Source: Schizochytrium sp. TIO01 (lineage: Eukaryota > Protista > Bigyra: Labyrinthulomycetes). From it: a stretch of DNA of 64,000 nt. Under the pieces are notes generated by a model. That model made no database searches. It was not told the DNA's origin and saw only the letters and a program-made list of their open reading frames with translations. The stretch spans positions 9,406,761 to 9,470,760 of the forward strand of contig SMSO01000031.1 in assembly GCA_004764695.1 (NCBI GenBank), written 5' to 3'. A program made the translations under genes and the position numbers. Each line of letters begins with the position of its first letter. The stretch's first letter is position 1. Of this stretch, positions 11,631 to 24,292 are shown piece by piece.

Positions 11631-12068
11631 TTTTGTTTGTTTGTTTGTTTGTTTGTTTGTTTGTTGTTGTTTGTTTGTTTGTTGTTTGTTGTTGTTTGTT
11701 TGTTTGTTTGTTTGTTTGTTGTTTGTTTGTTGTTGTTTGTTTTTTGTTTGTTTTTGTTGTTGTTGTTGTTTTTTGTTTGTTTGTTGTTTGTTTGTTTGTT
11801 GTTGTTTTTTGTTTGTTTGTTTGTTTGTTGTTTTTTGTTTGTTTGTTGTTTGTTTGTTGTTTGTTGTTTGTTTGTTTGTTTTTTTTGTTTGTTGTTTGTT
11901 TGTTTGTTTGTTTGTTTGTTTGTTTGTTTGTTCAAAGTTTGTTTGCTTGTTCAAAGTTTGTTTGTTTGTTCAAAGTTTGTTTATTTGTTCAAAGTTTGTT
12001 TATTTGTTCAAAGTTTGTTTATTTGTTCAAAGTTTGTTTATTTGTTCAAAGTTTGTTGGTTTGTTTAT
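11631..12068. repeat. Compound (TTTG)/(TTG) microsatellite grading into a 19-bp minisatellite (GTTTGTTTATTTGTTCAAA) of about 7 copies
   Basis: Read directly; the units are contiguous, with no spacers. Confidence 0.95.
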
Positions 12069-15000
12069 TTCATCGGCGAGGGCAAAGAATACCTATCCTG
12101 AGGAAATCTCGCGTCGATCCAAAGGGTTCGCCCCTTTCAAGGCACCGGCAGACTCTTCGCAGTTACTTTCGAAGTGACGGAAGAGCACGACGCCAACCTC
12201 GTTTGACGTGATATCGGACCCGTCGATCAGTCTACCAAAGAAACTGATCAAACTTGATCTCACGAGAGACTTTCGATCGAAAAAATGAGAAGAATAGAAA
12301 AACATCAAAAACTTATTACATTTCAATAAAAGCCTGGGAATGAGAATCAATCAATGAATCAATTACTCAATCAATCGATAGATCGGTAGGTCCACAGATG
12401 CAAAGGAAGCAACACGGCGCTTCGCTGCTTCTTCGCTGCTTTGCTTCTTCTCTTTTCCGAATTCTTCTCCACCTTCCTCGATTTCTGCAAACCTTTTTAG
12501 CTGCGTGCATCGAATGGGTTTCTGGAAAGCCTCAATGGAATAACGAGACAGACATCGATCGATCTTCGCAGCAGAAAAAACGAGAAAGCGCGTTAAAAAT
12601 AACAGCCAATGAATCGCAGAGCGCACTTTATACTTATTATCATTGCTATTCGCTATTACTATTACAAATGTTTCAATTCATTCATATAATTGAAAGAATA
12701 AAATCAGAAGAGGTCAGTAAAACATCCTCCAAATGCCTCTCTAAGCTGTCTACACAAAAATACATTTAAAAGAAAGATAAACAAGAAAGATAAACTGCCT
12801 AAAGCCAATTAAAAGAGAGCACTTCTTCTCAGAAGGACAAAAAATGGCGCAAGCAAGCCTCCATAGGACCCCTTAGCGGGTTCTCTACAGCCCAGAACTA
12901 CCACCTTCGCGCGACTAGCAGTGCTCGTAGCACATACTGTAGGAAGATTATGCCGAGGTACTTTCTGAGTTCCTTCCTTCCTCTTCTAAAAAGTGCGCCA
13001 GTTTTCCCTTTTTGGAGTAAAACTTTGTGAAAACTGATTCAGAACTTTGTTCCGTCGATATTTTGTTTGAACAATGCATTCGTACGAATCAATCTCCGCC
13101 CCGCACTGCTAGTCTGGCGCTAGCGGACTGCTACCGACGCCCTTCTACTCCCGCCTACCGGGAACCGCTAGGAGTGACGGCCTCCGTGTGTCCCTGAGAT
13201 CGATCGATGGTCAACTTGGGCTCTCAATCAATCTTCTTGCGCAAAGTCCTCTTGAACCAGCTGGGAATCCACGGCGAGAGCTGCTGCCTGCTCGCGAGGG
13301 CGTGTGGACAGGCGGGCGGGCGTGCTGCTGGGGACGTCGACGGCGCCAGGCAGGCTTCCTTGCTGTCTGTTCCCGAGGGAGCGAACTGACCGACTGACCT
13401 CGCAAGCAGCGAACTTGGGATGATGGATGTCATGAGCGTGGATACGCAGGTCCCAGCCACGAGGTAGACTAGGATGGATGGATGGATACCTTGGACAGGG
13501 CGATCCTTTCGATGAAGACCATGTTATGTCGAGCTGCCACACGAAGCAGCGAAGTCAGGTGGCTCGCAGGCGGAACGGAGGGAGCGACGTCAGATCAGCC
13601 TAGCAGCTTTGGGGCTCGCAGCCGGTGGCCATAGCTTGTGCTGCCCATGGATGGGTCTGCTTGTTTGTGAGCAGTTCGAGAGCGGCGCAACCCGTCTGGG
13701 TGCTCGCCTGCCGTTGCTTGCTGCGTTGAATTTCTGCTTCGCCATCGCCAGTCTGAGTGCTCACCGCTCGCGTCAAGGCAGGGCACGCCTTCCCTTGGAG
13801 AGCTCGCTGCGGCGACGGCCTCGCTCGCAGGATCTTGTGGAAGAACCAAGTGCGAGAGGCTATTGATTGATTGATTGATTCATTCATTCATTCATTCGAG
13901 ATGACGCCGCTTGGGTCAACAGATTGCTCGCTCACTCGCAAAAGAGATGCCCTTGCCACGGACAGTCCACGGACGACTGTCTGTTTGTGTGTCTGCATCA
14001 TGATTCATCCATCTGCATATGAGTGCAATCAATGCGCAAAGCTGATTGTAATTGTTGCGTGGTCAAAAGCGATAGATTTACCTGGGTTGCCAATTCTGAT
14101 CATGGTTATTTAGTATGTTTTATATAGTTGTAGTTGGTCATTCACTTCCACAATGGTTCATTGGAAATTCATTCTCGAGACTCTTCTTTGGTTGACTTAT
14201 ACCGTGACTGTGTCTAGTTCTGATTCGCAGACGGTTTATGGTACGGGGATTGTCCTCTCACCATCGATCGTGATTTGATTACGTTGCGACCAACAATCGA
14301 CCACCTCGAACAAAACACTGCTGAAGAGCTCTGTCTTTTCTCTTTATTTCTTTTCTTTAATTATTAAAAGAAAGAAAGAAAGAAAGAAAGAGAAAAGAGA
14401 AAAGCCCCCTCCAGAAGAGTTGCTAAATTATTAGATAAATAAATAAATAAATAAACAATGGTACGTAAGAGTAATCAAACAAAGAATTATTATCAAAACT
14501 CCAAAGTTCCCCTACCTACACGTCATTAAAAAAAAAACAAAAAAAAACAATTAGTTTAAAGAACAACAAAGGCAGATCAAAGATGTGCCTGTTGGATGCC
14601 ATTCGGCTAGATTTAAAAGCGCTCCAGGCTGCGCAAACATGGCAAAAGAGGCCTGGGCTGCGGCCTCGTTGGAAATACTTTAACACCCAATCGGCAAACG
14701 AACGCCTTCTTCAACTTACACATTTATAAATCAGTGAGGCTTTTCTACAAACAAAAACAAAACAAACAAAAATCAAATCCCATTCATTCACTCTTCCTAA
14801 AAGAAATATTTTTTCAATAAAAAAGATGTTATTAAAAATAACTATGATTTAGTTGCAACGTAAGAACGAGAACATTTTCCTAAGAAAAAGAAAAAGAAAA
14901 AGAAAAGATCACCTGCCTCATTCTGAAGTAGAGAGATAGAACACGTCCCTGTCTTTCTAAAGTGAAAGCCGCTGCTGTGGGAGCGAAAAAGTTCTTTGCA

Positions 15001-17125
15001 GGTGGTAGTAGTAGTATTATTATTATTTATTATTATTATTAATAGTACTGCATATTTTCGCTCCTCCCATTTCCATAAAGACAGAGAGAGAGTTCGCTGC
15101 AAGATGCGGGGTGTCCTCACCCACAGTGCTCGAGGGTAATGCGTGAATAGGCTACTTCTGTGGGCCCCTGCGAAGGTCTTTCTTTCGTTTGTCCCCCGCA
15201 GCGGATCGGTCGGCCTGCAACCGGAAGTGGAGGGGCCCGAGGCGCCCTTTCTTCCAACTTTCTCTCCTGTAGTTAAGCATAGCCGCCGACTAGCAGCTAG
15301 CTGCCTTAAATTGAAAAGCGAAAGCAATAAAAAGATGAATGTGCTTTTGAGAAGAACAACAGAAAGGAAACAGTAAGTTTAACCAAATTGTGAAGAAAAG
15401 AGAGAGAAACAGAAAACAGAAAACTGAGTGAGGGCGCCCCTCTTTCTTTATGTTCTTTGCTGATGTTCTTTCTTTATGTTCTTTCTTCGCGAGAGGAACA
15501 GCAAAATTCAACGACGCCGAAGATCCGTCCGTATAACGCTAATTTCAATTGTCCAAATCCGATTGACCTTCTTCGCAGAAAACGAGAACCGATGCGTTCG
15601 CTGAGCGCAGTTCAGGCTGTGCCAATGCCGGCTTGCTTCCATGCATGGAGACGGAGAGCCCGCCAAAACAATAACAATTAAATGCACGCTTCAGGTCCTT
15701 TCGACCTCAGCCGCTTGCTTCATCCACGATCTATATCCTATTATTTATCATCGATCTCGGAAAGCATTGCGTTTGCTTCTCGTTATTTATTGCTTCGAGG
15801 CAAAGTAGTATCGCCATAATTGAGGAGTATGATTTGGGAAAAGCATCGCGGCATGATTTTAGGACCCCTTGGTTTCCCGCTCTTCTCGACAAACGATTCC
15901 GTGCCTTTCAAGTTCTTCGCCCGCGCTTACAAACGTCGGCGCTGTTTATATGCCGACCGTGCAATGGCAAAGCCACCTCGAAGCAAGATCACCGTCGATC
16001 GATTTGATTTGATTGGCCTGCGGCTTTCATGAAGCAAAGCACATAAAAATCGAAAGCCGCGGTCCTAAAGAGCTGCTTCGTTTCAATCGCACAAGAATAA
16101 CTTACCAACGTGCGTTGCGTCGCTGGCGGTTTTGCACAGATGAGTCTCGCGATCCCTGAGGCATCTTCGAATCTCTGTGATCGAAGTCTTCGCCGCAGAA
16201 GCTCCCAGAGACCTTACAAGGGCGCCCCCGTGCGGTCTCCGCGTCGAAGGGACCTGAATGTGTAGCTCTGCGGCAGAGCTCGGGCTTCGCTTTGGACGAC
16301 GAGCTTTGAGGACCCTCGCGCTTCGTTCGAAGATGCTGATGCTTCTTCGCAGTTCCAGACAGGAGAGAGCAAAGGCGGCGTCGCTTTCTTCTCTCTAATT
16401 AATCTGCTTCGCCGTAATTCCAAAGAAAGCTGCGCATGTGATACGTCCGATTCACGCAAACTGACGCAGCGAAGGTTTGCCCTCGTAGAATCGCAGTCGT
16501 CGTGGGGAGCTGACGTCGACAATTGACCGGCAAATGCAAAGAAACAAGGGACCCTCGAAGACGCGAGTGAGCGCATCAGAGGTTTTATAGATAGGCTGGG
16601 CTGCGCACAAGAGACCGTTCGTTCGCCATCTTTGAGACGCCCACAGAAAGGAAAAGCTACGAAGAGGAAGCGTCGACGGGAGAGCATTTGCTCTGCGTCC
16701 GTCCATCGTCGATATCACCGCGACGTTTGCTGAGACGGATTCCACGACGCTCTTCGAGTGAGTGCTGTGAGTGATTGAGAAAGATGGGCTTACGAGCAAC
16801 CCGTCTAAGATCCCGGAACGTTCCACGAATAACGAGGTAGCTAAGTAGGCCTACTGAGATTATGCTGTATGTCTCTCGCTCCTTTCTCCCAAGCGCTTTC
16901 TTTTAATTGTAAATAATGTTCTTATGAATATAAAGTTCATTTTATTACTTAAATAAAAGAAAATAAAAAATATAGATATGTATAAATAATATAATATATT
17001 TAAAGAGGAATAGTTAATGATGATAAATAGATGAAAGAACTTCAATTGAACAAGCGTCATAAGGAAAACAACCCAAAAGATAGAAGAAGAAGTATTCACG
17101 AGTAATGTTGCTCAGGGCATGTTTG

Positions 17126-17157
<32 letters not shown>

Positions 17158-18639
17158 AGAAGAATCCTTTGGTTTCTGAAGGAAGCCCAATTGGTTGAGG
17201 AGAGGAGGCTCTCGCCTCGCATGTCGTTCTGGGATCAACGCGAAAGGTGGTGGCTTCCCGAGAGCTTTCACTCCGGCGCCACCCTCATTTAAAGCCCAAT
17301 CCGCTCATAAAATGGCGCACCGAACGAGAGAGAAGTAAAGTACAGTAAGCAAAGTAAATAAATAAATAAATAAATAAATACAAAGAATACGGCGATCTTT
17401 GGACTGATGACTTTCGAGGCTCAGGTCGCTTCCTTCATAATGGCTCAATCGCTTAGCGATGCTTCAATTCATCACAACAGTTCCTTCCTCTCGGATTATC
17501 ACACCCAAACGAAGAGCAAACGACAACGCTTCGATGGAAAGAAAGCAAAAAAGCACGAAACAGTGCTTTTTAATGTTTTCCAAAACATTTTCAATAAAAT
17601 AAGATAAGATAAAATAAAATAAAAAGTATATTAAAAAAAAGAAAAGATAAAAGATAAAATAAAAATGAGCCCAAAACGAACGAAAGTATCGTCACATTTC
17701 CACTTTCGTCCTAAAAGAAAAAGGAGTGAAATCAGTTCCATCTAAGCAGTAATACACATACATATATATGGTTTGCCTTGAGAACCCTTCGACGATGCAC
17801 AACGCTGTTTCCTCTCCATCGACCGCCGCTGCTGCGGCCCGTCTCCACGCTCCTCCTTCCCCTTCTCCTCCTCCTCCTCCTCATCATCATCATCTCAGGC
17901 CGCCTTAGCGTGCCAGCGGCCCCCGTGAGGCCTGCGCGCCTGCTCATTGGCGACAGAGGAGTCGCTCACTGTGCCTTCAGATTAGCTCAGTTTGGCGCAC
18001 TCCGTTTCGTTTCGTCTCGGTTCTTGTTCGATTATCGATTGGCTCTGCTTCGGAACGTCATCTCAGCGGCCAGGAGGCGTCTGTAGCCATGTGCGTGCAT
18101 GCACCCTTGCGCGTATATCGATTGGAGCTTGGTTGACTGGCAGACCTTTGACGGACTGACTGACTGATCGATGATGGATTGCTTGAAGAATCGACGTTCA
18201 AGGTCGACCTGAGCTCCTTCGTGCAGAAGAGGCATTGCAGGACCATTGAGCGATCCGCTCGAGCTGGACGTCGGTGCTGAAGAGGAACCTCGCAGCCAGC
18301 ACGGAGAGCTTGCCAGCTTGAACTCTGGCGACGGTGCTTCTTTGCTGTCGAATGCAATCGGCAGGGCAATTACAGTTAACTCATTCGGGCCATCTTTCGA
18401 GACAACCTTTCGCACGCGCTGCCTGCAAAAATGTTCTTGTTAGGGTGGCTTCGAGGTCGCTTCGATGGCGCTTGGATGCCACTTCGCTGGCTTCGACATC
18501 AGGTCATCGCTCATGTGGCGAGTGGGTCCGTCCATGGAATCGAAGTGGCCTTGCGTCTGAAACTCGTCAATCAATCTCGTTCACTCCATATCCTCGTCGC
18601 GTTCATCACAGCCACGAGTTCGCTGCTTGCTACGCACGC

Positions 18640-18688
18640 TGCACCAGCAGCACCAACACCAGCACCAGCACCAGCACCAGCACCAGCA
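18640..18688. repeat. (GCACCA)n hexamer repeat
   Basis: Read directly from the sequence. Confidence 0.9.
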
Positions 18689-20994
18689 TAAATTGCAGCA
18701 GCAATTGCATGAATTAATTGCGTGCGTGAAGTAATTGCATGTGCAATTGCAGCTGTTGCTGAGATCAGGTGTGCGTGCGCTTTCCTATGAGCTTTTCGAC
18801 TTCGTACTACAATTCGCATCGAATCGCAAGTGAACCGCTCCGCCTTCATGGCGCACACCCCCCCTGGACTTGGAGTTCTTCAAGGTTGCCCATTGCTTGC
18901 GGCGGGTTTTGACGAATAGCTTCGAACTGGCTGACTAGCTGACTGCCTATTCATCGCAGTCGTCGCTACGTAGTAAGCGGTGCGAGGTTGTGAATGGCAA
19001 GTTTGGGGTTAATATCCGTGGCCTCGAAGAGGATTTCATCGTTTCTGCTTCGAACTGGAAATACGTGCTATAAATTTAATTGTTACAATAAAACAGAGTA
19101 CATACACATTTTAATAAATTTACAACAACATTAACAACAAAAGTTAATGATACATTATAATAATGAGAGTTAAGCAGAGTTATACATACATACATACATA
19201 CATAGGAAAGGAAAATAAAATCGAAGTCAGACTAATATAGAACAAAGGAACATAAAATAAGATGCAATAAGTTAAAACGGCGGAGAAGCCCAAGTCGATG
19301 CAACTCCATCCATCGAACGGAGTCCCCTCTTCGCGAAAGCCGCTGGGTGTCTGCGCAATGTCGAGCCGCCCTCTGGCCTCTCGAGGTCCACCAGCTCGCT
19401 CGCTGGCTGCGTCCGAGGTCCAAGGCCTCTTGCTCGCTCAGTCAGTCAGTGGATCACTCATTCGTCCATCGTTGTGGTCTCCTGAGTGAAGAAGCCGGGC
19501 AGCAGACCTGCGCTAAGGCCCGAAAAGGCCTCGGCAGACGAAGCGTGAGTGACTGAGGTGTCGCCGCGCTCTTCTTCGTCGCCGTCGAAGGTCGCAGCAA
19601 ATCAGGTCGAGTTCGGGCGATACGAATGAAAGGCTTTCTTTCGTTCAAGTCATTACAAAAAGTCGTCGAAGGAAAATTGCAAAATAGTTCTCGTTATTTA
19701 TTAATTTCCCATTACATATTGATTGCTCTATCTATCTATTATTTACATTTTCACATTTTTACTTTTACTTTTTTTTTCATTTTTCTTTTAAACCGTAGAG
19801 GAGAAAATCATATAGAGATGAATCGTATTGAGAAGAAGAGCTCTTTTATCTTCAAAGACTGAGAAACCGTTCTTTCTGTAGAGAGAAAGAGAGAGATAAT
19901 AAGGCACCTGTAAAAAGAAACGAATGATAAGAATGGAAGGGTCGAAGCAACAAAGCAGATTCAATCCTTCTTTGGGTGCGTATCAATCAATGGATCAATG
20001 AGCCAATCGACGAATCTATCTGTCTATTAATCGATCGCCTCGCGATGACATCGCCGTCAAAAGAATGGGCGTGCGATCGAACTTGAGTTCTACATCTAAG
20101 CAGCGACGATATTCAGGTCTTTTCACGTTGATCATTCGTTTCGTGTACTATGCAATCTTGAAGTCGCTCGAAGCACTGCAGGTGTGTGCGGGAATGCACA
20201 TACCTATGCAAGCAACTACGAAGTCCAAAAACGACCGATTTGACGGCCACTAATGAGCCTTCGAAGTGAGGAGGAGGAGGAGGAGGAGTACTCTTGAAGG
20301 CACACGACCTTAGCTTTTCACAGCAGAAGCTCAAAACAACTTTGAGCGATTGCCTTTCGGCGATAAATGGTGTGTACTATTTATTGTTAGTTAATGACTG
20401 CGATGAGACCACCTCCGCGTTTTTAGAAAGCAGCGAATCGAAGCAGTCGAAACAAACTCCGCTCAGAATACGCAAAAGCCAAATGACTAATTGCAAACAC
20501 CAAATAGATGATTGCAAGCGAGAAGCATAAACATTGTTGACAATCCATCCGCCGTCTTTTGGCACAACCGGTGAGAATGATCTCGTTTTGCGACATCAGT
20601 GGCGCCATGAGATATCTGCCAATTTTGAAAACTATTTAACTATCTGTAACACTCTTCAATACTACTCGTCTGCGTAGTAGGCGGTCCTAAGTGCTTTCTT
20701 TTCCTGCTCTTAAAGAGATCTCCGCCGGAGCAGAACATTGATTGCACTGCGCGATCGCGATTTTCCTTCTATTCATTTTCATTTTGAAAAGGATGAGGCA
20801 CTTGAAAATGTCAGAAACAAAGGATGCCAACTGTTTTGTTGAATTAAGACAAACCAAACGAAGATAAAAACAAACGGTGATATCTGTGCCCCTCGTGATA
20901 TGGCGGACTAAAGATACCAACATAACACAAGAGATGACCTTTTAAACCGAAACGTAACAACAAACCTCTAAAAACACTATTACTTTCCCGCTGA

Positions 20995-21075
20995 AAAGAA
21001 AAAGAAGAAAAAGAAAAGAAAAGAAAAGAAAAGAAAAGAAAAAGAAAAAGAAAAAGAAAAAGAAAAAGAAAAAAA
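20995..21075. repeat. (AAAAG)n/(AAAAAG)n purine tract
   Basis: Read directly from the sequence. Confidence 0.92.
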
Positions 21076-22014
21076 GGTCTTGTTTGCTCTTCTTTTTAAA
21101 GATTGATTAAAAGAAGCAGCCCTCGGAAAACAAACATAAATAAATCAATCAACTAAATCGGTATATCATTATAAAAACACCACACAAGTACCTATGAAAG
21201 GAACCCAAGAAAGAAAGAAAGAAAGAAAGAAAGACCGTGCCATGCCATGCCATGCCATGCTCCTTGAAAGAAGGCGAGTGAGATATACATAGTCCTCGAA
21301 GTGCCTTGCTCTGTCCGGGATGCAGCTCCAAAGAGGCGATTCCTTCCACTCACTGCCAACGCAGTCGCTTTGCCCTCTTGCTTTCTCACGCAGTTAATTG
21401 CTTAGTTAGTTAGCTAGTTAGTTAGTCAGCCAGTTATAAAGCGGCAAGAAAGAAAGACTCAGAAGAGCTCGAAGAAGAGCGCAACGCATTTTACTTCTTC
21501 TTTCAGTCAGGGGAAAGAAAAACCCCGCTCCCATTCCGCGCCCTAGGGTAAACGATAGGAGGCGCGTAGCCCCAGGATGTGCCGGCTCTACGGCACGCTC
21601 CATAACTGAAGCAAAGAAAGTGGAACAGAGCCGCCGTCCAGAATTAGAAAGCTCTTTAGAGAGAGGTTGTTGACGGCCGCCGCGTTCTCGACGCTCTGCT
21701 CTGCAGATACTCAGGAGCGGCGCCTCAATAGGCTCATTCATTTGGTACCACGTGTGCAGCTTCGGCCAGTTTTCGAGAGCCTTCAGAGCTTTCTTCTGCT
21801 TCTTCTTTGTCAAATTGGGGAAAATGGGCGGAACTCCTGGAACGTTGGGAAGCGCATCTTGGCGATTCTTTTATTTCTGCTTTTGCTTTTGCTTTGCTTT
21901 TGCTTTCACTTAGGCTGCTGCGATTGTTAGGCACTGTTATGGCAATTGGGTAGAAGTCGAAAAGTGCTGCTCCGGGAGATCGGAATCCAAACAGCCTCGG
22001 GAAAGAAACAAAAT

Positions 22015-22218
22015 AAATGAAAATAGAACGAAAGAGATAATAAGCAGAAGAAGAAAATGAAAATAGAACTAAAGAGATAATAAGCAGAAGAAGAACAGGG
22101 AGCGTCGACTGGCACCTCCTCTTTGTGAATAAATGAATGAATAAATGAATAAATAAATGAATGAATGAATGAATGAATGAATGAATGAATGAATAAATGA
22201 ATGAATGAATAAATGAAT
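22015..22218. repeat. ~39-bp tandem duplication followed by (ATGA)n microsatellite
   Basis: AATGAAAATAGAAC(G/T)AAAGAGATAATAAGCAGAAGAAGAA occurs twice, then a GAAT array. Confidence 0.88.
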
Positions 22219-23360
22219 GAGAGAATATTGTGCCCTTTTCTCACGCGAAAGCGACAGGGGTCGCGACCCTTTGACGATATTGTCAGACTCCTCACGCGTG
22301 AGTGCAGTATAGGTCCTACTGTTGCGTTTGCAGAGAGCATGTCTCATCATCAGCGAGACTGAAATCAATAAATAAGTGAAAGCCCCATCAGCACAAAGCA
22401 AAGCAGATATATTGTAAAGCAGCAAATGCAAATTCATTTATTCTTATTTTTTATTTATTTATTTATTTATTTATTTTTATTTTAAAGTCACAATGGAGAA
22501 GGGTTAGAGGGAATAAATAAATGAAAGAAACAAAGAAACAAAGAAACAAAGAAAGTTATTTCCTTTAAAGTCATAATGGAGAAGAATCATAGGGCAAAAA
22601 AGGGAAAGAAAGAAAATGCACATATATGCTGCCATTGGGAGGACCCCTTTCTCCGCTTCCTTGCCTCCCAATACCTTTCTTTCTATTGTGCGGCTTCACG
22701 AAACTCTTTCTAACTCAACAGAGCTCTCGGACGCAGCTCGCTTGCACTTAAGTCAGAAATGTAGAACCGCACCATACAACCTTTTTACATAAACAGAAAA
22801 CGCCCTTTTGTTTTTCAACTTAACCTTTGGAAGGTTTACACCCATCTTTGATTCATATCAGTATGTTTATGTTTATGTTTATGTTTATTTTTAATTGAAA
22901 AGGTCGAGAGAGATGAGAACAAGAAAAAGTTAAACTAAACGCAGTCGGTATCATCACAGGAAGATCTGCAGAAACTAACTAAAAAAGAGGCACCTTCGTT
23001 CGCTGTTCTCATTATTCTATTTGAAGCGAAAGTAAACAGGAAAAGCTCCAGAGACTGAAAAGAAGGTCATCCAAACAAACAGTTTCAGAAAGTGAAGAGT
23101 GAGTGTCCTTTCTTCATTGATTGATTGATTCATTCATTGATTCATTCATTGATTCATTCATGCATTGAGTACTCTATTCATTGAATCGTTCGTCCGAATC
23201 GCTCACTTTCCCTCTCACCAAAGGTGTGTTCAGAATGCAAAAGCACTCATCTTTTACTCATGGGCTCCGCAGACAGCGGCCTTAATGAATGACGACTGCG
23301 CTTGCACAACGAATGCGCACTCACTTTCGCTTAATAGAATCCCCGCAGGCGGCGATGGGC

Positions 23361-23546
<186 letters not shown>

Positions 23547-24173
23547 CTGAAAGCGGTCTCTCTAAACTGTAGTTTGAAGAAGAACTGCTTTCCTTTCCTT
23601 GTCTGTTGAGAGGTCACCGGCGTCGGCCTTTCTGATGGTGTTTGGAGCTTCGGACTCACTCGCAACAGCAGTGGATATGCTTCTTTATTGCTTGATTGAT
23701 CGATCGAAGACATCAAGAGCGGCGGCCTTACCTCTGAGAATCTTGAAATCTTCTCCGCTCTGCCTTAAAAGTCGCTCACGAGAGACACGCAGTCAGTCAG
23801 ATATGCTATTCCGCTCGCTTGTTCCTTTTCTATTGCTCGCCAAACCACGCAAGCGGAGGCTCCTAGCAGCGCCAGTAGGTACTGCTACTATGGCGGACAA
23901 GCAACTCGAAGGAAGCAGCCTGGAACATGAAAGCGGTCTTTCCTCCTGATGAAGAACGTATTGTATTTTACTTTGGGAGAAGAAATAACAAAAAGGTTTT
24001 ATTGAGACTGAGAAAAGTAGACGAAGTTTATTTATGTTTATTTTATGTTGAGATGTGTATATGACCAAAAGAACTTCGAACATGTATGAAATTGCACTCT
24101 TGTTCGCTCTTTCGAACGCTAAAGAAACCAAAATCAGAAACAAAGTGAGACACAAAGAAAGACTGTGCAAGCA

Positions 24174-24292
24174 AATAAGTGAATAAATGAGTGAATAAAT
24201 AAGTGAATAAGTGAATAAGTGAATAAGTGAATAAATGAGTGAATAAGTGAATAAATGAGTGAATAAGTGAATAAATGAGGAAATGAACAAAT
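24174..24292. repeat. (GTGAATAA/ATGA) compound repeat
   Basis: Read directly from the sequence. Confidence 0.9.

Noticed and set aside
11925-12068. 19-bp repeat array as a CRISPR
   Set aside because: No unique spacers and no cas genes; derived from the adjacent TTTG microsatellite.
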